Shown here: positions 19,166-26,939 of the stretch, one piece after another
Layout of the letters: each line of letters opens with the position of its first letter
Numbering within the stretch: the stretch's first letter is position 1
Source of the DNA: an uncultured Candidatus Poseidoniales archaeon
Lineage (GTDB): Archaea; Thermoplasmatota; Poseidoniia; Poseidoniales; Thalassarchaeaceae
Length of the DNA: 42,168 nucleotides
Direction of reading: 5' to 3'
NCBI GenBank assembly: GCA_964644485.1
Contig: CAZXVR010000001.1
Span: 1-42,168, forward strand
The notes under the pieces: generated by a model
The model's database searches: none
Seen by the model: only the letters and a program-made list of their open reading frames with translations
What the model was told of the DNA's origin: nothing
Position numbers and translations under genes: made by a program

Positions 19166-21748
19166 TTGTTCAAACCTATGGCGGTTAAGTATCAGAAGAA
19201 TTCGAACGCGCTAACGGGGATGGGACCCTTGAGTGTCAGCAGGGAGAACTTGGCAGAGTTAAGAGCACGTCACACAACCGGCACGTCCGGTTCGTCTGAA
19301 ATGCACACACCGTCCCTTGAAGACGTTCAATCTTTAGATGACAGACTCAATGATGAGAGGCGCATGCGCACCTCTCTAAAGAGGGAGAGACGCCTTCGAT
19401 TACAAGAGCAAGCAGAACGCCTTTCAGGGATGAAGGGAGCGCTGGCAAAAACAGCAGGAATGCAGACAGAAAGTGCCCTCGCTGAAATTGAGGCAGAACT
19501 GCGTTCAGATATGGAAGACGAACTCGAACGACTTGAACGTGATACACTTGAGCGAGAGGAAGCAGTTCTCCGTGATGAGATGAAATTGCGATTGACCCGT
19601 GAAGAAGAATCCATCCGCTCTCGTCTTGAATTAGAATCAACTCGACGTCTAGAAGCACGTAGAGACCAACTACGATCTCAATTGAAGGACGAAATGGATT
19701 CAGAATTTGACCGTAGACGTTCCTTCCTAGAGGAGCGCCTTGAGATCGAAGCAGGTCAAGAGATGCAAAGGCAAATCCGAGATATCGAGGATCAACTGAA
19801 AGGCGAGATGTCGAATCGCCTGGACGAAGAAGAAAGTGCTCAAGCTCGTCGGATTGAAGATGCTCAACAGGCGCGCTTAGCAGAACGTGAAATACAACTC
19901 AGAGATGGTATCCGCCGTCGTTTAGAACAGCAACTCCGTCAGCGCCTCCGCGAACGTGAGGCACGTCTACGAGCGGAGTATGAGAGGCGCGCTCATCGCT
20001 TAGAGGAACAAATTGCTCAAGAACTGGCAACAGAGCTTGAAACTCGTCTAACACAAGAAACGGAACGCCTTGAGGGTAGGATGCAAGAGGACTTGGAACT
20101 TGCAGTCGCGCGAAGGCGTGAAGAATTACAAGCGTCGATTCTCAAGAGTTTGGATTCCGATTATGGTGACCGCCTCGCTCTTCGAAAGCAACGACTGAAG
20201 GAGAGATTCGATGTATCATTCTCACACGCAATTGATGAAATCGACCGCGCCCTGCATCTGGAACTTGAAGATACAGTAAGTGATCGAATCGATTCTGAAT
20301 TTGAGCAGTATCAGTCCGATCGCGAGGCTGAAATTGCACAACACCTCAGTCAGTTTAGGCATGATCGTGAATTGGACCTCCGCGAACAACTTGACAAGCA
20401 GTACGCGGAAAAGAAAGACGAATGGGTGTCTCAAATCGAATCCGAGTTTTCTGCTCGTCAGCAGGCATCAGAGCGTCAGATCATGGCTGAAATCGATTCA
20501 AGAATTCGCAATGAGCGAATTGCTCAAGAAACCAATCTTGACCTCATTAAACAAGAAACAAGCCTCGATTTGGAGGTCGAGATGGAAGCCGAATTGGCAG
20601 CCTTCCGTGCTCAGAAGGAGCAAGAGGTTGCAGAACAACTCGAGAGACAAGTCGCCAAGCGCGAAGAAATCATGCGAAACAAAGCTCTCATTGAAGTTCG
20701 AAGAAAGGAAAGTGAAATTCGTGCGGAGATTGAAGCACAACTCGCAATCAAGCGAGCAGAGATTCGCGATCGCTTGAACCAACTCGAATCGAGGGCTGAA
20801 GAATTCCGTGTCGCAGCAGAAGAAAAACTCCGTGTAGAACTTGAGAAGGGCCTCATCACAGAAGATGACCTTGAAGCAGAAGCTGAACTCAAGCGCGCTG
20901 AAGAAGAAGCCGAACTTGAAGGAAAGGATGGCCGCTTAGATCGCCGTCAGGCGTGGATGGATGCACTCGCGGGTGCGAAGGGGCAGATGCCTGGAACCGC
21001 AGCAGGGGCGGCACCAGCATTGGGCCAATCCCGAGGTGGACTGGGTAGTCTTGCCCGATCAGGAGGACTCGGTTCGGCTCCAAAGTCAGTAAGTGAGGAT
21101 TCACCACGCACTCTAGCAGCCCCAGTTCGTGCACCTGTTCAACAAACGGGTGCTCTTGGAGCAGGAACACTTGGTTCAGCACCCAAGCCTGCTGGGGGAG
21201 GATTGGGGTCGTTACAACCCGTTCGCCAGCCGATTAAGGTCACAGAGCCTGAAACCAAACCCGCTCCGGAACCAGAACAGATGACCGAAGAAGAATTTGA
21301 TTCCGAGCCCGAACCCCAAGTGGAGGAAAAACCCTCTTTGACACAAACAATTCTCAGTGCTATTTCAGAAGAAGAGGAATCCACTGTAGAACCAACTCCT
21401 CCTTCAGAGGAAACTCCGGATTTCTCCGAAGTAGTCAAATCAACACGTGGCCCACCTGGAGGTGGCCGCCTCGTTCGTGAAGGAGCTCCCAAGAAACCTG
21501 CTGGAGGCCCACCATCAAAGGGCCCGCCGGTGTTGGAAACCGAAATTGCAACCGACGAAGAAGATGAGCCCAAGACACTCGCGCCGGTGCAACGCCCAGT
21601 ACTGCAACCGGTGGCTCGCAGAGTATTGGCACCAGTAGATTCGGCTGAAACTGAGGAGCCTGAGGATGAGGAACCAGTAGTACTCAAGCCAGTTGGCCGA
21701 GCCATTCTGAAGCCGATTAGTGAATCGGGTTCTGAAGAAGAAGAATGA
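19166..21748 (+). CDS. Hyper-charged E/R/K-rich long-helix (coiled-coil or single-alpha-helix) protein with a Pro/Gly/Ala-rich acidic tail
   Basis: An uninterrupted E/R/K/Q/L-rich stretch of about 540 aa (residues about 55-595, e.g. RLEQQLRQRLREREARLRAEYERRAHRLEEQIAQELATELE). A low-complexity PAG-rich region follows, and the protein ends ...SESGSEEEE. No TM helix, signal peptide or NTPase motif. Start is TTG 19166 or ATG 19178. Confidence 0.7.
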   Translation: MFKPMAVKYQKNSNALTGMGPLSVSRENLAELRARHTTGTSGSSEMHTPSLEDVQSLDDRLNDERRMRTSLKRERRLRLQEQAERLSGMKGALAKTAGMQTESALAEIEAELRSDMEDELERLERDTLEREEAVLRDEMKLRLTREEESIRSRLELESTRRLEARRDQLRSQLKDEMDSEFDRRRSFLEERLEIEAGQEMQRQIRDIEDQLKGEMSNRLDEEESAQARRIEDAQQARLAEREIQLRDGIRRRLEQQLRQRLREREARLRAEYERRAHRLEEQIAQELATELETRLTQETERLEGRMQEDLELAVARRREELQASILKSLDSDYGDRLALRKQRLKERFDVSFSHAIDEIDRALHLELEDTVSDRIDSEFEQYQSDREAEIAQHLSQFRHDRELDLREQLDKQYAEKKDEWVSQIESEFSARQQASERQIMAEIDSRIRNERIAQETNLDLIKQETSLDLEVEMEAELAAFRAQKEQEVAEQLERQVAKREEIMRNKALIEVRRKESEIRAEIEAQLAIKRAEIRDRLNQLESRAEEFRVAAEEKLRVELEKGLITEDDLEAEAELKRAEEEAELEGKDGRLDRRQAWMDALAGAKGQMPGTAAGAAPALGQSRGGLGSLARSGGLGSAPKSVSEDSPRTLAAPVRAPVQQTGALGAGTLGSAPKPAGGGLGSLQPVRQPIKVTEPETKPAPEPEQMTEEEFDSEPEPQVEEKPSLTQTILSAISEEEESTVEPTPPSEETPDFSEVVKSTRGPPGGGRLVREGAPKKPAGGPPSKGPPVLETEIATDEEDEPKTLAPVQRPVLQPVARRVLAPVDSAETEEPEDEEPVVLKPVGRAILKPISESGSEEEE

Positions 21749-21754
21749 GCCGGG

Positions 21755-21773
21755 CGCACCCCTTTGGGGTGCG
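21755..21773 (+). other. GC-rich stem-loop between the coiled-coil gene and the WD40/TSP3 gene
   Basis: cgcacccc-ttt-ggggtgcg, a perfect 8-bp stem with a 3-nt loop, 7 nt after the stop at 21746-21748. No following T-run. Confidence 0.35.
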
Positions 21774-21793
21774 GATAGTTGGCTGAACAAGCC

Positions 21794-24205
21794 ATGCGCT
21801 CGATTGAAAGGGAGAGACGTTTTCGTCCAGACATGCGCGCGCGTGCGTTTGCATTATTTGCGCTCCTTTTCGGAGCGATTGCATTGCCCCTCATACCTAC
21901 TGCCTCCGCCTCGATTGAGGATTTGGGCACAGCTGGAAAAGTAGCAGATATAGATCAGTCAGCAATCGGTTGGTGGACTCTAGAAAATGGCAATATTCTG
22001 GTGGCAAGTTTGGATGGTTACGTTACAGCATATGCGGTTCAAGACAATGGTAGTTATGCGGAAGTTTGGAGTGAATTTACGAATGAGACTCACTATTCAG
22101 CATCATACAATGAAGATGACAAATTATTGGCGGTCGGGACATCATCGGGTGCCTGCGTTATTTCGATTGAATTTATGGAAGAACTCTATCGGTTTAGTGT
22201 CGGGCAAACAGTTGACGCATTGGCGTGGGATCGTGATGGTGATCTATGGGTTACCATGCGAACATCAAAGCAAGCAGTGGAATGGGATGCTCAAGCCAAC
22301 ACACCGTCTGGAATCTCTACGAGCAGCCACTCCAATGGTATCACCAGCATCGTCACTCTTTCAGATGGACATATACTAACATCTGGCAGAGACAAGCAAA
22401 TCAGAGTTCATGATGAAAATGGTTCACTAATCGACGTGCTGGTAGATTCTTCATTCCCACTATTGAAATTGTTTACCAACAACGATGAATCGTTATTGTT
22501 CAGCCTCACTGACAATTGCAGATTGGATATTCATAACACATCCAGTTGGGTCAGAGAGCAATCAATGCCTCTCTGCTCCATCGGACAAGGCCGGTCATTG
22601 GAACAAATCGGTGATAGGTTGATGGTTGGTATGTCGAATGGAAAAGTCTTCTCAATCGACCTCAGCACACTAACCAAAGAACAGGATTTTACCGTACAAG
22701 GAGAGGTTGTTGGATTCCGTGCGGCTGATGGTGCGGGGGTTTTCATCCTGACATCGTTTAGTTCGGCATCAGAAGTCCACCTTCTCGATGCAGATCGTGA
22801 CAACGATGGTATCGTAGATGGTCTCGATGTGTTTCCAGATGATTCATCAGAATGGGCTGACTCAGATTTCGATGGAATAGGAGATAACTCCGATGCTTTC
22901 CCACAAGATGGCACTGAAACCATGGATTCAGATGGAGATGGTGTTGGTGATAATGCCGATGCCTTCCCAGAAAATCCTACACAGCAAGTAGATTCGGATG
23001 GCGATGGCTATGGTGATTATGAGTATGGATTGGATGGCGACAAATTCCCCTCTGATCCAACACAGTGGGCTGATTCAGATGGCGATGGCTATGGAGATAA
23101 CCAGGAATTAGGCGCAACAGAACCTGATGCCTGTATCAATCAATCGGGTGGCTCCACCATGGACAGACTCGGTTGTCAAGATACAGATGGTGACGGTTGG
23201 TCAGATCCTGGAAATGGAGACGCTGCTCACCCAGAAGGGAACTCGGATGCATTCTACATGGACGACAGTCAATGGCGGGATACAGATGGTGATAATTACG
23301 GTGACAATTTGAGTGGATACCGTGGAGATGCCTGTCCAACGATGGCCGGTAATAGTACAAGGGCAAATATGTATGACCCTGGTGTAAACGCGTATACCTC
23401 AATCAATCGCTATGGTTGCGTAGATGAAGACGGTGACGGTTACGATGACAATACCGAATCTTCCTTCGATGGGTGCACTATGGTTGGAATTCGAACAGAA
23501 TGGCTTGACCATGATCGCGACTGCGCAGGAAGCAACAGTGACTACAATGACACCGACCCTGAGATTCAAACCCTCGAGGACCACTGTGCCAAACATGTAG
23601 ATGATATTCAGTCATGTAGTGCCTTAGAGGAAGAAGATGACTCTGACAATAATATCACGTATTTGGAAGACGAAAAGGGCGTAGATATGATGGAGTCAAT
23701 CAAGGAATTTGCTGTGATTGCAGGATATCTCGTAGGTGTCATGGCCGTTGCGATGTTGATGATCGTCGGCACGGTAAAAGTCATTGGAAAGGTTCGGGAA
23801 AAGCGTAAGCCCGATGCACAATACACACATCAGGACGCTACGCGTGAATTAGATGCGTGGGAAAGTGGTGATGACTTTGAAACTCGAGGTGGGATTGATG
23901 AGCAGAAGGCTTGGGGTGACGATCACATCGATGAAGATCCTGCTAGTGATTCAGATATGGAGGAAGGAATCTTTGAGGATGAAGAAGAATCAACTGACCC
24001 AGCCTCTACTGAACTAGATTATACCACTGAAATGGACCAATCCACGGAAACTGAATCAGCACCTGAACAGAGTCCTGAACCCGAAACACAACAGCCACCT
24101 GCAGAAGCTCCTCCTCTACCGCCTGGTGGTTTACCAGAAGGCTGGACAACAGAACAATGGCGATGGTATGGACATCAGTGGCTAGAACGCCATGGTGGAA
24201 ATTGA
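21794..24205 (+). CDS. Type-I membrane protein: extracellular WD40-like beta-propeller plus thrombospondin type-3 (Ca-binding) repeats, one TM helix, acidic cytoplasmic tail
   Basis: Signal peptide MRARAFALFALLFGAIALPLIPTASA; start candidates TTG 21779, ATG 21794, ATG 21833. WD-like blades (HILTSGRDKQIRVHD). Repeated DSDGDGxGDNxDAFP units. TM FAVIAGYLVGVMAVAMLMIVGTV. The tail ends PPLPPGGLPEGWTTEQWRWYGHQWLERHGGN. Confidence 0.8.
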   Translation: MRSIERERRFRPDMRARAFALFALLFGAIALPLIPTASASIEDLGTAGKVADIDQSAIGWWTLENGNILVASLDGYVTAYAVQDNGSYAEVWSEFTNETHYSASYNEDDKLLAVGTSSGACVISIEFMEELYRFSVGQTVDALAWDRDGDLWVTMRTSKQAVEWDAQANTPSGISTSSHSNGITSIVTLSDGHILTSGRDKQIRVHDENGSLIDVLVDSSFPLLKLFTNNDESLLFSLTDNCRLDIHNTSSWVREQSMPLCSIGQGRSLEQIGDRLMVGMSNGKVFSIDLSTLTKEQDFTVQGEVVGFRAADGAGVFILTSFSSASEVHLLDADRDNDGIVDGLDVFPDDSSEWADSDFDGIGDNSDAFPQDGTETMDSDGDGVGDNADAFPENPTQQVDSDGDGYGDYEYGLDGDKFPSDPTQWADSDGDGYGDNQELGATEPDACINQSGGSTMDRLGCQDTDGDGWSDPGNGDAAHPEGNSDAFYMDDSQWRDTDGDNYGDNLSGYRGDACPTMAGNSTRANMYDPGVNAYTSINRYGCVDEDGDGYDDNTESSFDGCTMVGIRTEWLDHDRDCAGSNSDYNDTDPEIQTLEDHCAKHVDDIQSCSALEEEDDSDNNITYLEDEKGVDMMESIKEFAVIAGYLVGVMAVAMLMIVGTVKVIGKVREKRKPDAQYTHQDATRELDAWESGDDFETRGGIDEQKAWGDDHIDEDPASDSDMEEGIFEDEEESTDPASTELDYTTEMDQSTETESAPEQSPEPETQQPPAEAPPLPPGGLPEGWTTEQWRWYGHQWLERHGGN
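22787..23564 (+). repeat. Coding tandem repeats: thrombospondin type-3-like DxDxDGxGD Ca-binding units
   Basis: At least 8 reiterations of D-[ST]-D-G-D-G-x-G-D-N-x-D-x-F-P-like units in the translation (DSDFDGIGDNSDAFP, DSDGDGVGDNADAFP, DSDGDGYGDY, DSDGDGYGDN, DTDGDGWSD, DTDGDNYGDN, DEDGDGYDDN ...). Confidence 0.75.
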
Positions 24206-24208
24206 TCT

Positions 24209-24469
24209 TCAGTGGAATGTTACTGGAAGGTTATTCCTGAGTGATGCATACTCCTCACCTGAGTATGCTCCGCCAGTTTCTTTCAATGCAGTTGAAATCA
24301 ACCACAATAGCCCATTCCAATCCGACGCTTGAGCGTGTAGTTCGATTTTATTTGCAGCAGCCAAATCAAGAAGAATTCTTGCGTTGCTTCCTCCATCCAT
24401 CAGTCCAAGAAACAGAGTTGATGCGTCGACAGTATAAGTCGGTGCTTGCCCCTTCAATTCAACCACCAT
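24209..24469 (-). CDS. Hypothetical 86-aa protein
   Basis: An ORF whose ATG overlaps the upstream RHH gene stop by 11 nt, an operon-like arrangement. No motif recognised; a weak SCP2-like impression only. Confidence 0.4.
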   Translation of the reverse strand: MVVELKGQAPTYTVDASTLFLGLMDGGSNARILLDLAAANKIELHAQASDWNGLLWLISTALKETGGAYSGEEYASLRNNLPVTFH

Positions 24470-24701
24470 ACGGGGATTGTCCTAGCCTTTCGATAAGCGC
24501 CTCGACATCGGTTTGGCCAATATCTCGAAGTCTGCTTCGCAGCTTATCAGCCTCGGCTCGTAATTGCGCCATTCGGTATTCTTGTAGCACTTGAATCAAT
24601 AGATCATCCACACTTTTGTGGTTACCCATTGCTCGCATTGAATTCAATTGTCGTCTCACATCAAAAGAGACGCTCACAGAGGTCATGTTCGGAGAACCCA
24701 T
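24459..24701 (-). CDS. Ribbon-helix-helix (CopG/ParG/SegB-like) DNA-binding protein
   Basis: MTSVSVSFDVRRQLNSMRAMGNHKSVDDLLIQVLQEY fits beta-strand / helix / helix, followed by a charged helix. The gene lies immediately downstream of the ParA-type ATPase. Start is ATG 24701 or 24686. Confidence 0.6.
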   Translation of the reverse strand: MGSPNMTSVSVSFDVRRQLNSMRAMGNHKSVDDLLIQVLQEYRMAQLRAEADKLRSRLRDIGQTDVEALIERLGQSPYGG

Positions 24702-24760
24702 GTTGTCACCGGTGCGAAGCCCTCCTCGGAGCAACTTGAGCGTGTCGGTCTATTGTGAGA

Positions 24761-25723
24761 CTATTCACCGGTTCGCAGTTGATACTGACGTAGTCGATTG
24801 GGTTCGTTGATTCCATACTTGTGACGAATCTTTAGGACTCGGCGATGTGCTTCCTTTGCAAGTGTCCAATATGCAAGGCTACCTTTGTTAGATTTAGAGT
24901 TGGTCGGTTTCTTGAGAAGTGTAATCGGTGCGCCATCTGAAGGGGCAGCTGCGATATCGATATTCCTTGGAATGACAGTTTTGAAAACGTGGGTGGGAAA
25001 GTGTCGTCGAACTTCTGATTCAACCGTGTTGCACAGTTTGCTCTTTTGATACATAGTCAATGCAATACCGAATAACTTGAGGTTTGGATTGATTCTACGC
25101 TGAACAAGTTTGATTGAATTCATCAATTGACTCATACCTTCCAAGGCGTAGTATTCAGTTTGTACAGGAATTAATACCCAATTTGCTGCTGCCAAGGCAT
25201 TAATGGTAAGCAAACCAAGACTTGGAGGTGTGTCTATGATGATATAGTCAAATTCATCGAATGCAGGACTCAACCCCTCCTTCAATCGAGTTTCACGCCC
25301 AATTCTAGTTGCCAATTCGATTTCAGCCCCCGATAATTGGATGTTACTAGGTAATAGCCAGAGATTTCTCACTCCCATCGTACGAGGGGGCCTCTTGTCA
25401 GGATTATTTTGTCTCCATGCATCTTGCATGTAATCTGTAATGATGTCTGGTCCAATGAGATAATCCTCTAAAATTGGCAACTCTTCTCCAAGGTCATTCA
25501 TGATCAAATCATATACGGTTCGTTCCAATTTACTCTTGTCAATTCCGAATGACGTTGAGGCATTTCCTTGAGGGTCTAAATCGACCAACAGAACCCTTGC
25601 AGGTGGAAACCCATCCTGCTCATTGCCTTTCGCGAGTGCAGTAGCAATGTTCACAGCCGTCGTCGTCTTCGCACAACCTCCCTTCTGATTGGTGACTGCG
25701 ATGACCATCTTGTATGGATTCAT
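24761..25723 (-). CDS. ParA/Soj/SegA-family deviant-Walker-A ATPase
   Basis: VIAVTNQKGGCAKTTTAVNIATALA (KGGxxKT deviant Walker A), LLVDLDPQGN, YIIIDTPPSLG. It has a basic C-terminal extension of about 50 aa. Confidence 0.9.
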   Translation of the reverse strand: MNPYKMVIAVTNQKGGCAKTTTAVNIATALAKGNEQDGFPPARVLLVDLDPQGNASTSFGIDKSKLERTVYDLIMNDLGEELPILEDYLIGPDIITDYMQDAWRQNNPDKRPPRTMGVRNLWLLPSNIQLSGAEIELATRIGRETRLKEGLSPAFDEFDYIIIDTPPSLGLLTINALAAANWVLIPVQTEYYALEGMSQLMNSIKLVQRRINPNLKLFGIALTMYQKSKLCNTVESEVRRHFPTHVFKTVIPRNIDIAAAPSDGAPITLLKKPTNSKSNKGSLAYWTLAKEAHRRVLKIRHKYGINEPNRLRQYQLRTGE

Positions 25724-25815
25724 ATGAACAACCTCCGGAGGAACGCGACGTCCTCAGACAAGCCCCTCTTTGAAACACTCGCCCAATCGAGTGTTCGTCA
25801 ATCGTTTCTAAACGA

Positions 25816-26808
25816 TTACTGGATAACCGGAACGGGAACCTCAGAGAGGATTTTGCGCATGATGTGCATTCCGGTGATACCACGAATCTTCGCTTCTGGT
25901 TTGAGCACGATTCTGTGGCTGCAAACTTGTAGAGCAACTCGCTTGATATCGTCTGGAATAACATAGTCGCGTCCATCGATTGCAGCGGATGCACGCCCTG
26001 TCTTGAATAGAGACTGGCTTGCACGAGGCGATGCCCCTGTAATCACACGGTGATCTTCTCGAGATCGCTGAACAACTTCAACGATGTAAGACAAAATCGC
26101 AGGGTCGACATGAACTGTTTCGAGTGCTTTTTGCATGGCAACCACCTTCTTTGGAGAAGTAATCTGCTCCACGTCGTGGCTATCTTTTCCTCGTAACTTA
26201 CGACGAGCAATGATTGCCTTTTCTTCAGCACGATCAGGGTAACCCATTGACATCTTCATCAGGAAGCGGTCCATTTGAGCCTCAGGTAGAGGGTAGGTTC
26301 CTTCCTGTTCAATCGGATTCTGAGTTGCCATTGTTACGAAAGGTGCAGGTAATTTGTGCGTGATACCTTCAATCGTCACTTGTTTTTCTTCCATTGCTTC
26401 AAGCAGTGCTGCTTGCGTTTTGGGTGGTGCGCGGTTAATCTCGTCACCGAGAAGAAGATTTGTGAACAATGGCCCAGGTCGAAGTTTGAACTCACCAGCC
26501 TGTTGGTCATACATGTATGTCCCCATGATATCTGAGGGGAGCAAGTCAGGAGTAAATTGGACACGCTTGAACTTGCAACCGAGCGCCTTAGCGAATGTAT
26601 TTGCAAGCAAAGTTTTGGCAAGGCCAGGGAAATCTTCCAACAACATGTTTCCGTTCGAGAGGATGCCCACACTAACACGAAGCAAGTTTTCCTCTTTACC
26701 GATGATAACCTTGGCAACTTCGCCCATCAATGCATGCGAAATTTGGCTGACGGTTGAAATCAAATCTTTTGTGCGGCCTGTGCCTGCTTGTGCCATCCCT
26801 GCTGACAT
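25816..26808 (-). CDS. MoxR-family AAA+ ATPase
   Basis: LLEDFPGLAKTLLANTFAKAL (Walker A), LLLGDEINRAPPKTQAALLEAMEEKQVTIEG (Walker B / sensor), ATQNPIEQEGTYPLPEAQMDRF. Start moved to ATG 26808 (MSAGMAQ...). Confidence 0.9.
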   Translation of the reverse strand: MSAGMAQAGTGRTKDLISTVSQISHALMGEVAKVIIGKEENLLRVSVGILSNGNMLLEDFPGLAKTLLANTFAKALGCKFKRVQFTPDLLPSDIMGTYMYDQQAGEFKLRPGPLFTNLLLGDEINRAPPKTQAALLEAMEEKQVTIEGITHKLPAPFVTMATQNPIEQEGTYPLPEAQMDRFLMKMSMGYPDRAEEKAIIARRKLRGKDSHDVEQITSPKKVVAMQKALETVHVDPAILSYIVEVVQRSREDHRVITGASPRASQSLFKTGRASAAIDGRDYVIPDDIKRVALQVCSHRIVLKPEAKIRGITGMHIMRKILSEVPVPVIQ

Positions 26809-26939
26809 AGTATCGCCTCGGGTCTTAACCCAGCACAGGACCGTCCGAATTCGTACTTCAACGTTGGGGGTCGGGGGGTCATGCAATCATCACAGATTTC
26901 AACCGGTGATTCAACATCTAAATGACACACTGTGAGGCC

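Noticed and set aside
21139-21930. 263-aa minus-strand ORF
   Set aside because: It is entirely antisense to the low-complexity 3' part of the E/R/K-helix gene. Its Ser/Gly/Ala-rich translation mirrors the Pro/Glu/Ala-rich sense frame, so it is a shadow ORF.
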